A stretch of 64,000 nucleotides of DNA from Mobula hypostoma (taxonomy: Eukaryota), in assembly GCF_963921235.1 (NCBI RefSeq), contig NC_086108.1:93622001-93686000 (forward strand). Direction: 5' to 3'. Position numbers and translations under genes: made by a program. The stretch's first letter is position 1, and each line of letters starts with the position of its first letter. Positions 13,854 through 27,305 of this stretch are shown piece after piece. The notes under the pieces were generated by a model that did not search any database, was not told the DNA's origin, and saw only the letters and a list, made by a program, of their open reading frames with translations.

Positions 13854-14051
13854 GATTCAATAAAAAACCCCACAGTGTCATATTTCATAAACAGGCAACT
13901 GGAAGACATGGACATGACAGCCAATGACATCATAAACTTCCTAAACAACAGACCATTCAGTGATAGCACAGACGGAGCGCCAATCTTCACCTGGCAGAAT
14001 ATTTATAATGTAACCGATCAGATCCTCACCACTTTCAATAACTATATGGAG
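13854..14051 (+). CDS. ABCA4: ABCA4 exon 11 equivalent
   Basis: cacag|GAT...GAG|gtaag; 198 nt; DSIKNPTVSYFINRQL...FTWQNIYNVTDQILTTFNNYME. Confidence 0.95.
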
Positions 14052-15472
14052 GTAAGAAAACAGGAAAATTGATCAAGCTCGGATCATGTTGTAGAGGTAA
14101 ACCATGCCTGTTTGCTGTAACTCTGCAACACAACTACACCCTGGCAGATAAGGCAGCTTAGTGTTGTACAGGAACCATTTCTTATTTTATGTTTCAGGAT
14201 GATTTATTCACTTTCAGACCGTTATTTCTATATCACCATCCCAAATTGACCATGGGAGGGAGTTGGGTGGGTGGGTTGCGAATTATGGTTTTGAACGGCA
14301 GCCCTTGTAATGAGTAAACCCCACAGTTTTGCCTCAGTCACAGTGAGAGAACAACAGGGTACTTAGACCATAAGGCACGGGAGAATTAGGCCCTGCAGCC
14401 CAACAGGTCTTCGTCACCATTCCATCATGGCCGATTTATTATCCCTCTCAACCCATTCTCCTGCCTTCTCACAGAATCCTTTGATATCCTTACTAATCAA
14501 GAACCTATCAACTTCTGCTTTGAGTATACCCAGTTTCCAGCTGATCTGGAATTTTGAGGTGCTGGTGTTCCCGTGCACCATCTGGCCCCTTCTCCTGGCT
14601 GGACTCTTACTCTGTACTTTTCTTGCGGTCAAAGGTGTTGACTTGGAACAGTGCGGCAGCATTAAAAACAGATTTATTATCATTGGCACGTCACGGTATT
14701 TCTTGTTTTGCATCAGCGGTGCAGAGGAGTACAAAAAAAATTACTATAAGGAATATAACAAAATAAATAAACAGAGCAAGAAAAGAGCAAAATAGCCATG
14801 GTTCATGGACCATTCAGAAGTCTGGTGGTGGAGCGGATGAAGCTGTTCCTAAAATGTTGAGTGTGTGTCCTCAATCCCCTGTACTTCCTCCTCGATGGTA
14901 GTAATAAGAAGAGGGCAAGTACTGGATGGTGAGTGCCCTTCACGACGGATGGCACCTTCACGATGGGTGGCACCGCCGTTTGAAGATGTCCACAATAGTG
15001 GGGAGGCTGGTGCCTCTGACGGAGGTGACTGAGCCTATAACCCTCTGACTAGTCATCCGGCTGACTAGGTCATAGCACAGTAACAGGTCTAGGCCTCTCT
15101 TCAGAAACATCAGGAATAGGTAGAACCACAGCATCGAGTGCTTTTCACTCTCCCTTTTAAAAATCTCATCCTCGTGTTTAACTCCCTCCTTGGCCACACA
15201 TTTCAGTCATCTCCATTTCTATAGTGACCCCCGTCTTCCTCTGCCTGCCAATGGGCAGCCATTTTCAATGTCCCTTTTTTGATGCTATGACTCCAAGCTT
15301 TGTAGTTTCATTTCCAAACAGCAATGCCACTCTATCTCTATCTCCTCCCTGAAGATCATTGGAATTGTGTATATTATTGTCACATGTACTGAGGTACTGT
15401 GAAAAGCTTGTCTGGCATTACAATTCATGCAGATAAAATCATTGTGCAGTGCACTGGGATAATACAAGGTAA

Positions 15473-15921
15473 CAGAATGATCCCAGGAATGAAAGGGTTA
15501 AAGCAAGAGAAGTTTTCAGTGGCTCTTTACTCACTAAAGTTTAGAAGAATGAAGGGAGATTGGATTGAACCTATCGAGCATTGATAGGCATAGAGTGGAT
15601 GTGGAGAAGATGTTTCCATTATAGTCTGGGACCAGAGGGCACAGCCTCAGAATACAAGGATGTCCCCTTAGAACAGAGATGAGGAGGAATTTCTTCAGCT
15701 GGAGGGTGGTGAATCTGTGGAATTTATTGCCACAAACCGCTGTGGAGGCCCATTCATTGGGTACACTTAAAGCAGAGGTTGATTCGTCAGGACAACAAAG
15801 GGTATGGGGAGAAGGCTGGAGAATGGGATTGAGAGAGATAATAAATCACCAATGTTTGAGTGGTGGAACAGACTCATTGGGCTGAATGGCCTAATTCTGC
15901 TCCTACGTATTTTGGTCTTAT
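15473..15921 (+). mobile_element. CR1 LINE 3' fragment
   Basis: RRNFFSWRVVNLWNLLPQTAVEA and the CR1 3' UTR GGGCTGAATGGCCTAATTCTGCTCCT. Confidence 0.8.
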
Positions 15922-17309
15922 AGAATGCAGAATAAAGTGCAACAGCTACTTAAACCCCCACAAAGAGTCCTGTCGGTTTTAGTACATTGAAGGCAGTCTA
16001 GAAGGGCATGTCGGTGTTGCTGAGGCCCAATTGTTTCCTTCGTATTGCAGTCCAATTGATAATTGAGAGTTTCCAACTATCGGGATGTGCTGCAATCCTA
16101 TCAGACAGAAGACCCATGAGACATTGTAACACCGACAGAAACATTCCGGCCACTACAGGAGCCTGTAGTCCCCACAAGTATATAAGTTGCTGTACATATA
16201 TAGTACATACTGTTATTAGTTTCTCAGTCAGCACATCCCAATACCCAGCGTGCCTCAATGTATTTGTGAAACCATTACAATACTCAAGACCTATTTAGCC
16301 ATGATGCTGAAGATTTAGTGAAGCTTAGATTCAAGTACACTGGGTTCCATTTTCACTGCTGCTGCTGCTGGTTTAGTTCATGCGATAGGGAGCACTCATC
16401 TGGCTGTTACCGACACATATCACTGTTGTCAGCATGTTTGGGAAGTTTTTCAAAATAAAGGTTGAATCTGCTCTGTGATTTAACTTCATCCCCTGGCAAC
16501 CACACTTGCTTCAGAATCCATTCACTCAGGAGATAAGATGTCTTGGTGCTGTTATAGCCGTCTGACAAAGGAGATTAAAAACATCATCAAGATATCGAAG
16601 AGAAGTAATTGCTAGTTAGTGTTTCTTTTATTATTCATTGAGAAAAAGAGATAATATTACCCAACACCAAATATGCATCATTTGACAGCAGATATTGTCT
16701 TGAGATCTTCCTGTACTTCTCAAAGTTAATTTTCTTTCAGTGGTTTAGCATCTAGAATTTATGCCTTGAGACTGGGTGGGATAGACGAATAAGATCACTT
16801 TCAATTATCCATATGAAAGAATCCCAGTGTGGAGTCCAGCTGTTGCTTTAAAGATTCAGGGATTGTGACCTCTGTTCTTCTCCCTAAAAGTGCATGGATT
16901 GATCAATTTTTGTGAGAATAATTTTCCGGGGCCCATCTTTTGTGAGTTTGAAACCTATTGCACTTTTTCCTCTCTTCCAATTTAAATTCAAAGTGCTTTT
17001 CAGATTTTGGCGGTTTCAGAAAGGCAAATGGAACAGTAAGAGTTAAGATAAGCTTGTATTCCGGTACTGTTTTGCTAAACTTCACATCTTCTTTCAAGTA
17101 TCTTGCTCATTACACAATAATTCAACAAAAGACAAGTTTTTGTTATCTGGACATCTGTGGTCGCTTGTTGCAGGTGCGGGAGAGTCCACTGAAGTATAAA
17201 TTACTGTTTACATTTCTAGCATTTAATTACAGACACCATAAGCTGTTATCTTCTCACTCTGCTATTTACTCAGCCATTCTCTTGTGGTAAACTCTTTGAT
17301 TATTTGCAG

Positions 17310-17515
17310 TGTTTAAACTTGGATAAATTCGAAGGCCACTTGGATGAAGGGCACCTCACCCACAGGGCACTTTATCTTCTGGAGGAAAACAAGTTTTGGG
17401 CAGGGATAGTGTTCCCAGACTTGCATCCGTGGTCAAACGAGCTTCCGACTCATGTCAAGTATAAAATCCGAATGGACATTGATGCGGTGGAGCGAACAAA
17501 TAAAATAAAAGACAG
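17310..17515 (+). CDS. ABCA4: ABCA4 exon 12 equivalent
   Basis: tgcag|TGT...AG|gtcag; 206 nt; CLNLDKFEG...FWAGIVFP...[22 protein letters not shown]. Confidence 0.97.
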
Positions 17516-19499
17516 GTCAGTTTCATTCGTAGAACGTAGAACAGTGGAGCACAGAAACAGGCACGAACAGCCGACAATGTCTCTGCAGAACAAGATGCTG
17601 AATTAAATCAACTCCCTTCTGTTGGCACATGGTCCCTCCACCCTGCATATTCATGTATCTAACAACCTATTAAACACCACTGCTGTATATCCTTCCACTA
17701 CTACCCTTGGTGGCTCCTTTCAGGCACCTATCACTCTGTGTTAAAGAAAACTTGCCCTGTACATCCCCTTAACCATTCTCCTCTCACCTTAAATGCATGA
17801 AGAGGACTATAGGATCCCAAAGTAAAACCAACTAGCTATTTGCAAACTCTCAGTAATTTTATGTTCATTCCCATAAGACATGGAAGCACAATCAGGACAT
17901 TTGGCACATCTGCTCCGCCATTTCATTCTGTCTGATTCCTTTTCCTCTCAGCCCCAGTCTCCAGCCTTCTCCCTGTTTCCCTTCCTACCATATGTCCATG
18001 GACCTGCCGAGTTCCTCCAGCAATTTGTGTGTATGTTCCTATTGGTAGAGTTCCTTCCCTGTGCCAAATGTTTGTGGAGTGTCCTGCTGGCATCATACAG
18101 GTTGCAAGTGCTGTCCATCTGACCTGCCTTCCTCCAGTCTACGTCTGAACAGGATAAGCAAAGTATGTGTCAATTTTAAATTGCATGGACCCATGTCTTC
18201 AATAGCTTTACCAGGAGGGAAGGTTGACTGATTTCCCCAATCACTCTTGTTAGCAACACTGTGTCCTGTGCACAGAAGCAAAATGCGGCCTGTCCGAGAA
18301 ACCTAAAGGAAGGCAAAAAATGCTGAACATGTTCAGCAGGGCAGGCAGCCTCTGTGGAAAATCAGGGCAAGTGTTCCACTCACTGACCTTCCACACAATA
18401 CTGAGAGTGGTAAAAGTGAATGGATACCCCAGTGAGATAGAGACATGCCTGCCCAGCATGCCGTCACCTCCGGCGGACAGGGCGAATGAGATCAACGGTG
18501 AGATCTAACGGCCAGGAAGACGGTTCTGCTGTGCTTCAGAAGACATCATAGTTACGACCCCAGTTTGTGACACTTGTTCATACCCCACTGGACCTGGACT
18601 TCCGAAGTCGAGAGAGTGGAACTGCCCGAGTGCACACGCTTTTCCAGTTTAAAAACTCTCCCACACAGGCTTCCTGCCTTTGTCGGACACGACAAAAACA
18701 TTGTGTCGTACACACGGAAACAAAAACGTTGGCCAGAGAGATTGTTTTCTGTGGTTGAAGTTGAACCCCACGGACTCTACCTCACCATCCTCATCAGTTC
18801 CGCAATGCAAGCAATTGCCCCTCTTACTTGCTTGAGCATTGAGTTTGGAAATGGCTGGCGATGGCACCCAGCTTGTTTCAGAATGGGCTCCCCTCCAATT
18901 GTTTCACTTGGCTGTGCTATGAAGTGTAACCAGATGAGCCTGAGTTATTGAAATTAAAAGTGCACATTCTCTCCTACGACTGTAACACTTACACAATGGG
19001 GGATTGTTTCACACAATAGAGGCACAGTGTCCATGGGAGATGTTGAGTGATCCCCACTGCTCATCATTCCACAGAGCTTTGGTGTAGCTATTTCCTTGTC
19101 ATTCCCCTCTGTCTGACCATGGATTGTTTTATGTTGTGCGTACCCCACCCTGTTCCAGGGCCTATACAAGGCTGATTGTGAATATTCTCAGCCACTTTGA
19201 CTGGGCAATAGTCCAACTGTGAGGTTTGTCCGCTCTTTAAAGAGCCATCACAAGTTTCAATCCATTTCATTGAAACTCTGCCTTCACTTGCGACAGGATA
19301 TGACACTCCCTCACTAAACCAACCCCCCAGGCCGTTCCAGTAGCACCGGGTTAGATTCCAATGCCTCTTCCGTATAAACACGCACCTAAAATGGAATAAG
19401 CTGCTGAGCTGAACAGTCTGATCCTGTCATGGGCATCAGAAAGACTCAGCACCAAGTGTCGGAATTTTACTCTTCTGACTCACTGCATTTTATTACCAG

Positions 19500-19860
19500 T
19501 AGTAACGCAGAAAGCACTGGAGGAGCTCGGTGGGTCAGACAGCATCTATGGAGAGAAATGGACAGTGGACGTTTCAGGTTGAGACCTTTCATCGGGTCGG
19601 GGGTGAAAGGGGGAGTTAGCCAGTTTAAAAAGGTGGGGTCAAGGGGGAGGAGCAAGAGCTGCCAGAGTGATAGGTGGATCCCACTGAGGAGGGTTGATAG
19701 ACAGCTGAAGGAGGGTGGCAATGGTGTCAGAAGCCAGGAGGTGATAGGCAGAAGTGACAAAGGGCTGAAGAAGGTGAAATCTGATTGGAGAGGACAGTGA
19801 AGAGTAGAATAAAAGGAGGGAGGTGGGGAGGAGTGTGCGGGTGGTGGGCAGATGGAGAGG
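19500..19860 (-). mobile_element. Older Penelope 3' UTR/pLTR fragment
   Basis: CAGCATCTATGGAGAGAA..GACGTTTCAGGTTGAGACCTTTCATC followed by a purine-rich segment like the 51.7-kb arm. Confidence 0.65.
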
Positions 19861-20145
19861 GTGGGGGATCTTGCAGTAGGTTAAAAGTTAGCACAACATT
19901 GTGGGCCAAATGACCTGTACTATGCTACACCATTCTGCGTTCTATAAACATTTGCTGAAGTTGTAATGATGGATTCATTAGTAAATGCACCATCTGGTCT
20001 GGTGCTGGGCTAGGCATAACATGAAGCTCTTCATACTTGATGCCCTGTGTAATGAGTTATCTTAAAGATGAACACTGCAATCATCCTATTTTTCAGAGTT
20101 AAAGTGGGGGGGGGGGAATAACTGGGACACTGAAATCAGTGATCA

Positions 20146-20625
20146 GGTTTGGGTGGCAGGGTGAAGATAGGTCTCTACCAAAGGAGGTTTAAGGCGCTTT
20201 TTCCCTCTGCTAGCCTATAGGTCACTCTTGGAACTCACATCAAAGTTGCTGGTGAACGCAGCAGGCCAGGCAGCATCTCTAGGAAGAGGTACAGTTGACG
20301 TTTCCGGCCGAGACCCTTCAGGTCACTCTTGGGCTAGGTGTAGCACCTGCTTAGCCCCCTGGTCAGGGTCACATGAAGCGGTGAGAGCAGGGTCATATGA
20401 ACAACTGGTGTATATCACAAGACCTTGTGATGTAACCACTGACGCTAGGCAGGCAATCACTGAAGATTATTGATAATGGCTGGGGTCACCCATCTTGTAA
20501 AGACACTGCCCAGAAGAAGGCAATGGCAAACCACTTTTGAAGAAAAATCTGCTAAGAACAGTCCTGGTCATGGAAAGACCATGATCACCCATATCATATG
20601 ACATGGCACATATTAATGATGATGA
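20146..20625 (+). mobile_element. RTE/BovB-related non-autonomous element, interrupted by a Penelope fragment
   Basis: GAAGAAGGCAATGGCAAACCACT (Bov-A-like motif) and (GAT)n tail. Confidence 0.55.
20232..20319 (-). mobile_element. 88-bp Penelope pLTR insertion
   Basis: Perfect 13-bp TSD AGGTCACTCTTGG at 20219-20231 and 20320-20332. Confidence 0.85.
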
Positions 20626-21076
20626 TCTCTCTTGTATGGAACATGGATATTTATGCATTAGTGTAGAAAAAAACATGCTTGGGGGTGGGAGTTGCTACAT
20701 AGCTAGCCTGCGTCTCAACAGTTAACACTTACATTCATATGTGAAGGTTGAGTACTTGGGGAAAGTACCAAAGATTTGACTACACCCACAAAATTGGTCC
20801 ATACTCTTGCACTGTGCCACATGTGTAGTGATTTTGTTAACCCTTCATTTATCCTTTTCCTTTATCTACAAATCCTTCCACAGAGCCATTCATCTTTGTT
20901 TTGTAGCCTTGTCCACTTCCAGTGCCACCTGCTCTCTTCCCTTCTGTGACTTCAATTTCCTGTACCTGCTCCCCAGCCCATCACTGACAAGAGCACTTCA
21001 GCACAACTCCAAACCTTAACAACCTTTCGTGGCCAGCAGTAATGGTGACTGTCGATTCAGGCACTGAATGCATTGT

Positions 21077-21647
21077 AAACACAAAATAATCCGCAGATGC
21101 TGGGGTCAAAGCAACACTCACAACACGCTGGAGGAACTCAGCAGGTCGGGCAGCATCCGTGGAAAAGATCGGTCGACGTTTCGGGCCGGAACCATTCGTC
21201 AGGACTACTCAGGTTGGAGGAGCAACACCTCATATACCGTCTAGGTAGTCTCCAGCCCCTTGGTACGAACATAGAATTCTCCAACTTCCAGTAATTCCCT
21301 CCCCCTCCCTTCCCTTATCCCTATGTCACTCTGCCCCCTCCCCCAGCTGCCTACCTCCTCCCTCTTGGATCCTCCTCCTTCTACTACCCATTGTGTTTTC
21401 CCCTTTTCTTTCTTCACCTTTCCTGCCTATCACCTCCCTGCCTCCCTTCCCCCACCCCTTTATCTTTCCCCTTACTGGTTTTTCACCTGGAACCTACCAG
21501 CCTTCTCCTTCCCACCCTCCCCCCACCTTCTTTATAGGGCCTCTGCCCCTTCCCTCTACAGTCCTGACGAAGGGTTCCGGCCCAAAACGTCAACCAATCT
21601 TTTCCACGGCTGCTGCCCAACCTGCTGAGTTCCTCCAGCATGTTGTG
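21077..21647. mobile_element. Inverted-end Penelope-like element with GIY-YIG C-terminal remnant
   Basis: Perfect 14-bp TSD ACTGAATGCATTGT (21063-21076, 21648-21661); LRLEEQHLIYRLGSLQPLGTNIEFSNFQ; hammerheads at 21171-21206 (-) and 21560-21595 (+, GAAA mutated to AAAA). Confidence 0.9.
21171..21206 (-). ncRNA. Minimal hammerhead ribozyme motif
   Basis: Reverse complement AGTC-CTGACGA-ATGGTTCCGGCCC-GAAA-CGTC-GACC. Confidence 0.7.
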
Positions 21648-22271
21648 ACTGAATGCATTGTGTCTCCCTAACTCTTCTCAGGTGGTTATAATCAACAAAA
21701 CATTAAAAAATTAGTTCACTGTTTCACAACGACAAGTGATAATGAGAGAAATCTGCTTAACCTGTCTGTATCTTAGCTACACTTAATATATTGCCCTCTG
21801 TTAATCTATTAACAGGATAAGTGAATTGGTGGTTGATTCACAAGCAGTAAGCCCTGGTTCTCAACACATTGGTTCCCTTCAAATGAGCACAAGGATACCC
21901 TTCAACCTCAAGCATCCATGAACTGCTTGAACTCCTCTTGTCATTTGTCCCTCTCGGCTCAAGTGTATGTAACTTCTGCCTATTTGTCTGTAGAATACTC
22001 ATAACAATTTGCACTTGTAGATTATCTTTAATGTAGTAAGTGTTCCCAGGTGTTCCACAGGAGGGTTAGCAAGCCCCATCTGCCATCGAGTCATGTAGAC
22101 CAATACTAGTGCATACTGTATTTTCCAAAAGTTAAAATCAAGTAGGATGGAAGAAGTTTCTGTGATCTCCTTATCAGAGGAAGGAAAGGTGGGAGGTACA
22201 ATTAAAGGAAAGAATTCCAGAGTTTCAGGCTGCAGCAGCCGCCAGTGATGAACAACTAAAAGCCCTGCTAC

Positions 22272-22540
22272 ATGGCGGCGTAGCGGTTAGCACAATGCTT
22301 TACAGTGCAGGTGACCCAGGTTCAATTCCCGCTGCTGCCTGTAAGAAGTTTGTACGTTCTCTCCATGACCACATGTGTTTCCTCCGGGTGCTCCGGTTTC
22401 CTTCCATCGTCCAAAGATGAAACAGTTGGTCGATTAATTGGTCATTGTAAATTATGCCGTGGTTAGGATAGGGTTAAATTGGGAGTTGCTGGGCAGCGGG
22501 CTCAAAGGGCCGGAATGTATCGCAATAAATAAATAAAATA
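22272..22540 (+). mobile_element. tRNA-derived V-SINE
   Basis: A box GGCGTAGCGG, B box GGTTCAATTCCC, V-domain TTTCCTCCGGGTGCTCCGGTTTCC, (AAAT)n tail. Confidence 0.85.
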
Positions 22541-22694
22541 CAGGTCGACCTTCACTAATCCGACTACCCGTAATCTGGTTCTTTTGATAATCCGGCACTG
22601 ATTATGCTTAATGCGATCCTTCTGTAATTCGGCATTTTCAGTAATCCGGCACTCCTCAGGTCCCAATGGTGCCGGATTAGTGAAGGTCAACCTG
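22541..22694. mobile_element. Tc1/mariner (Tigger/pogo-like) MITE
   Basis: 22-bp TIRs CAGGTCGACCTTCACTAATCCG / CGGATTAGTGAAGGTCAACCTG, TA on both sides. Confidence 0.85.
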
Positions 22695-23452
22695 TAGTAG
22701 ATCTGATGCCATAAAATTACAAATAAAATTTCAGCTTTAACCACACTGGTTACTCTCAATTACAGCAAACACGTATAGGATCCAAGGATCTCTGCTTCTG
22801 ACCCAGACATCTCCCGCTGCCACCCATTCCCCAATCACCACACACATAGACAGAAGCAGACACACAGAAACAAACACGCACACACACCTACATCACTGCG
22901 CACAGTGAAACACGTTAATGACAAGCAGACTCCAAGGATGTGCAGGCGAAGTGGCTCGAAGGGCTTGCAGGGCCTACTCCCTGCTGAATCTCAATCCATT
23001 TTCCTATGAATACACTGAGCAAGAATGACAATGGAGTGGTATGATCAAATATTTTTACTGAGTCACGCCAGTAACAGCACGTGCTGGGCAACTTAGTGTG
23101 GCAATGGTGAACCGGCCCACCGAGACGGAAACATGCGCCCTTGAATGCCTGCGCGAGAAAGAAAGAGCCCTCCATGTGTCGGGGGCCAAATCAATTCACT
23201 GCGCAATCCGTTGACCACATGCACTCTTGCCACGTCCCCGCAATTGATTTGAAACAGTTGACATTTCCTCTCAATCTCCCTCAATCTGTGTGGCTTCGGT
23301 CCTTTCGGTTATCCCAAGTGTTGACCATACACGTGAAAAGGAGAGATTCCTGATATTTCCAACTCACGAGCATGGGCCCTTCTTATTTACACCATTACTG
23401 GGTGTTATTCACTCCGTATCTTGCGTTAACTCAGTGCTTGCCTCTCCCACAG

Positions 23453-23629
23453 GTACTGGGACCCAGGACCCAGAGCTGACCCGATCGAGGATTTGCGTTA
23501 TATCTGGGGAGGTTTTGCTTACTTACAAGACATGATTGAACATGGAATTATCAGGACCCATACCAGCACCGAGGTCCCATCAGGAATCTATGTCCAGCAA
23601 ATGCCATATCCCTGCTTTGTTGATGACAT
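23453..23629 (+). CDS. ABCA4: ABCA4 exon 13 equivalent
   Basis: cacag|G...AT|gtgagt; 177 nt; [58 protein letters not shown] (frame not shown in the ORF track). Confidence 0.97.
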
Positions 23630-24337
23630 GTGAGTGAATTATTAACTGGTGTTCTCTTAAAATTCCATTTTTTAGAAGATGATTTAGCTCCAGCAAATTG
23701 GATTTTGTTTTAGCACTGTTTGATGATAGGATATGAATGATAGAAAAATGGAGGGCTATGTAGGAAGGACGGGTTAGGTTGATCTTAAAATAGGTTAAAA
23801 GGTTGGCACAACATCGTAGGCTGTAAGGTCTATACTATGCTGCAATGTTCGATGTTCACTGTACAAGTAATACATTAATTCCAATTTAATTAACACTAAG
23901 GTGATTTCTTCAAGTGCCAGGTCAATTCTTCCAGACATATGATGAAAACACTTCTGGAAAAAGCCTGTTAAATTCACCAGTGCACATCGAGGGGTCAGGA
24001 TAAGGGAAGTAACCAATGACTGCATCAGGATCATGTCACAGATGCCATGAAATCCAGAAATACGTGAAACTATTGAGAAACTCAGCCTGGAGTACTTGGT
24101 TTTTGGTCAACTCTGGATGTTGCTAATACTGAGACTCATTGGGGGCCCCCCCCCCCACCACTAGGTAGCTTGAAGGGAAGATCCCTTCCACTGCCGCCTG
24201 GCAGGAGGCAGGCCCTAGGCTGCAATGCTGCCCCTAAACACCCGGCACCAGGGTACAGTGTCTGCCATCTCTACCCCAGCACCACACCCCCAACAAGCTG
24301 CATTCTCAAATCGATTAGATTGATTTTAAAGTAGGTT

Positions 24338-24785
24338 CAGGCAGATGGGGCTTGTCACTGTTGTTGGCAGTTCATCCAGGTATGGGGTTCCCAACCTTTT
24401 TTATGCTATGGACTTCTACCATTAACCGAGGAATCCATGGATCCCAGGTTGGGAACCCCTGATCTTGGAGAAGGAAAACTTTGATCTCAACCCTCTACTG
24501 CCTTGCGGATATACCCACTCTTGGCAAAAGCTTCAGGGGTAAACCCTGAGGGGAAATCCAGAGCTGGAGGCCCGAAGGCAGTCCTACGATGACCCAATAC
24601 TGACCGGCAACTCCTGCAACGCAGCTGTCACCAAACCGTATCCCTTGGATTCATCAGCTGCGTGGAGAGGGGGAGTCTGCTACATGGGCAACAGCTTGCT
24701 CCCCATATCATACTGCCCTGACTTGCGTATCACGTAGGCAGCCAGGATGCAACATCCATGGTCAACCTCGACCAACAGAGGGCCT
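24338..24785 (+). mobile_element. RTE-related non-autonomous element inserted in a CR1 tail
   Basis: TSD TTTAAAGTAGGTT / TTGAAAGTAGGTT (24325-24337, 24786-24798); GGAGAAGGAAAACT motif typical of RTE 5' regions. Confidence 0.55.
24382..24461. mobile_element. hAT-like MITE
   Basis: TIRs GGGGTTCCCAACCT / AGGTTGGGAACCCC; decayed reverse copy near 3300-3370. Confidence 0.7.
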
Positions 24786-24914
24786 TTGAAAGTAGGTTAA
24801 AATATCGCACAACACTGTGGGCTGAAGGGCCTGTACTGTGCTGTAATGTTTTATGTTCTATGAGTGAGTTACTCGGGGGAAACATTACACATTAGATTAC
24901 AAGTGGAATAATTC

Positions 24915-25872
24915 AGCGAATATTCAATTTATAAGTTTGCTGATGACACCACAATTGTAGGCCGTAACTCGGGCAATGATGAGTTAGAGTACAGAGAGGA
25001 AATTAAGAACCTGGTGGCATAGTGCAAAGACAATAACCTATCCCTCAATATCAGCAAGACGAAGGAATTGGTTGTTGACTTCAGAAGGAGTAGCGGACCA
25101 CACGACCCAATTTACATCGGTGGTGCACAAGTGGAACAGGTCAAAAGCTTTAAGTTCCTTGGGGTCAATAGCACAAATGACCTGACTTGGTCCAACCAAG
25201 CAGAGTTCACTGCCATGAAGGCCCACCAGCGCCTTTACTTCCTGAGAAAACTAAAGAAATTTGGCCTGTCCCCTAAAACCCTCACTAATTTTTATAGATG
25301 CACCGTAGAAAGCATTCTTCTAGGGTGCATCACAACCTGGTATGGAAGTTGTCCTGTCCAAGACCAAAAGAAGCTGCAGAAGATCGTGAACATGGCACAG
25401 CACATCACACAAACCAATCTTCTGTCCGTGGACTCACTTTACACTGCACACTGTCGGAGCAGTGCTGCCAGGATAATCAAGGACACGACCCACCCAGCCA
25501 ACACACTTTTTGTCCCTCTTCCCTCCGGGAGAAGGTTCAGGAGCTTGAAGACTCGTGCAGCCAGATCTGGGAACAGCTTCTTTCCAACTGTGATAAGACT
25601 ACTGAATGGATCCTGACCCAGATCTGGGCCGTACCCTCCAAATATCCGGACCTGCATTTTGGTTTTTTTGCACTACCTTACTTCCCATTTTTCTATTTTC
25701 GATTTATGATTTATAATTTAAATTTTTAATATTTACTAATTTTAACTATTCTTAATATTTTTAATATTTAATATTTGTAATCCAGGGAGTGTGAAGCGCA
25801 GAATCAAATATCGCTGTGATGATTGTACATTCTAGTACCAATTGTTTGGTGACAATAAAGTATAAAGTATAG
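24915..25872 (+). mobile_element. Rex1/Babar LINE 3' part (RT C-terminus)
   Basis: KFADD at ~24933; VVDFRR, FKFLG, KAHQRLYFLRKLKK, SFFPTVIRLLN; AATAAAG(TATAAAG) tail. Confidence 0.9.
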
Positions 25873-26756
25873 AGTACTTCCCAAGATTTTCAGGCTTAAA
25901 TTCCTAAATTTCCAACATGTTGCTCACCATAAACAACACAAAGTTAGTCATTGATCATTATTAATATAAATCAACCAGCCTTGCTGAGAGAGGCTTTCTG
26001 GAGACATGACCTACGATTCAGAGAATATATCGTGATCTTAAACGTGTCCCAACTAAAAATTAAGGAGTTAACGAGATGAACCACAAACATTGAGTATCAG
26101 TTGAAAGTTCCACTCAGTACTGAGGTGAAAGGGCCTAGTGTGTAGTGTGTAGGCTCATCCTTGTGTATGTATATCAAGCAGTGGTAAACCCAGGCAATTG
26201 GACTTGCTGTGATGTCCAGAACATATTTCACCACTCAGCCGAAAGGCTTCTTCGGTGTATGTAGTTACTACCAGCCACCAAGTGATGCTTGTTGGGCACA
26301 AATTTACTATCTTGAGCTTAAAATCTAGAAGAAATTGATCATTTTCTTAATGTTTAGCTTACAGGAAGTCTAACTTGAAAAGCAAACACCTGCAGGTGCT
26401 GGAAACCTGAAATAAAAATAGAAAGTAACTCAGCCATCCAGTGGTATCTGTCGAGAAAGAAATGAAATTAAGCTATCAGGTTGATGAACTTCAGTTTGAA
26501 TTCATTATAAGGACATAATAAATGGAAGCAGAAGTAGGCTATTTGGCCCATCGAGCCTGCCCTATAAGTCAAAAAGATCATGGCTGATCAGTTCCACCTA
26601 CCTGCCTTTTCCCCATAACCCTTAATTTCCCTGCTTAGTAAAACTTACATAAATTATCATAAATGTGACAGTTTACATCTAATAAACTAGACATTGTATA
26701 TACCATGGTGAGGTAATAAAACACTTTGTTTGAGCCTGGGTTGTACGAAGACTCTA

Positions 26757-27066
26757 ACACAGACAAAATACTGGAGAAACTCAGCAGGTCGGGCAGCATC
26801 TATGGAAAAGAATAAAAGGTCGACATTTCAGGCCAACATACTTCATCAGGACTGGAAAGGAAAGGGGAGGAAGCCAGAATAAGCTTCCCTCCCTCACCAT
26901 CTTATTCTGGCTTTCTCCCCTTTCCTTTCCAGTCCTGATGAAGGGTCTCGGCCTGAAATATCGACTCTATATTCCCCTCCATAGATGCTACCTGACCTGC
27001 TGAGTTCCATCAGCATTTTGTGTGAGTTGCTCTGGATTTCCAGCATCTGCAGAATTCCTTCTGTTT
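26757..27066. mobile_element. Palindromic Penelope pLTR element
   Basis: Arms ~26757-26883 and 26901-27024; hammerhead motif on each arm; tail ends in TGTTT. Confidence 0.85.
26931..26966 (+). ncRNA. Minimal hammerhead motif (decayed stem III)
   Basis: AGTC-CTGATGA-AGGGTCTCGGCCT-GAAA-TATC-GACT. Confidence 0.6.
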
Positions 27067-27305
27067 TATTGTGTGAAAACTGATAAGGACAGTGTTTGAG
27101 AATCTAATTCTTGTAGTAATGAAGGAACTCTTCAACAGCAATGTGAGGGGAAGGAATGTAAACCAGAATGCTTGTCACCTGATATTAGCACAATTGTTAT
27201 TTACTTGCTTCTTACACTTTTAACTTTTGCTGCAATTTATCTGCTATACCTGCCCATTCCCTTTCCCACCCCTCCTGCCTGTTGACTCTTCTTCCCCACC
27301 CCAAG

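Noticed and set aside
22272..22345. tRNA gene
   Set aside because: The A and B boxes belong to a V-SINE head; there is no full cloverleaf.
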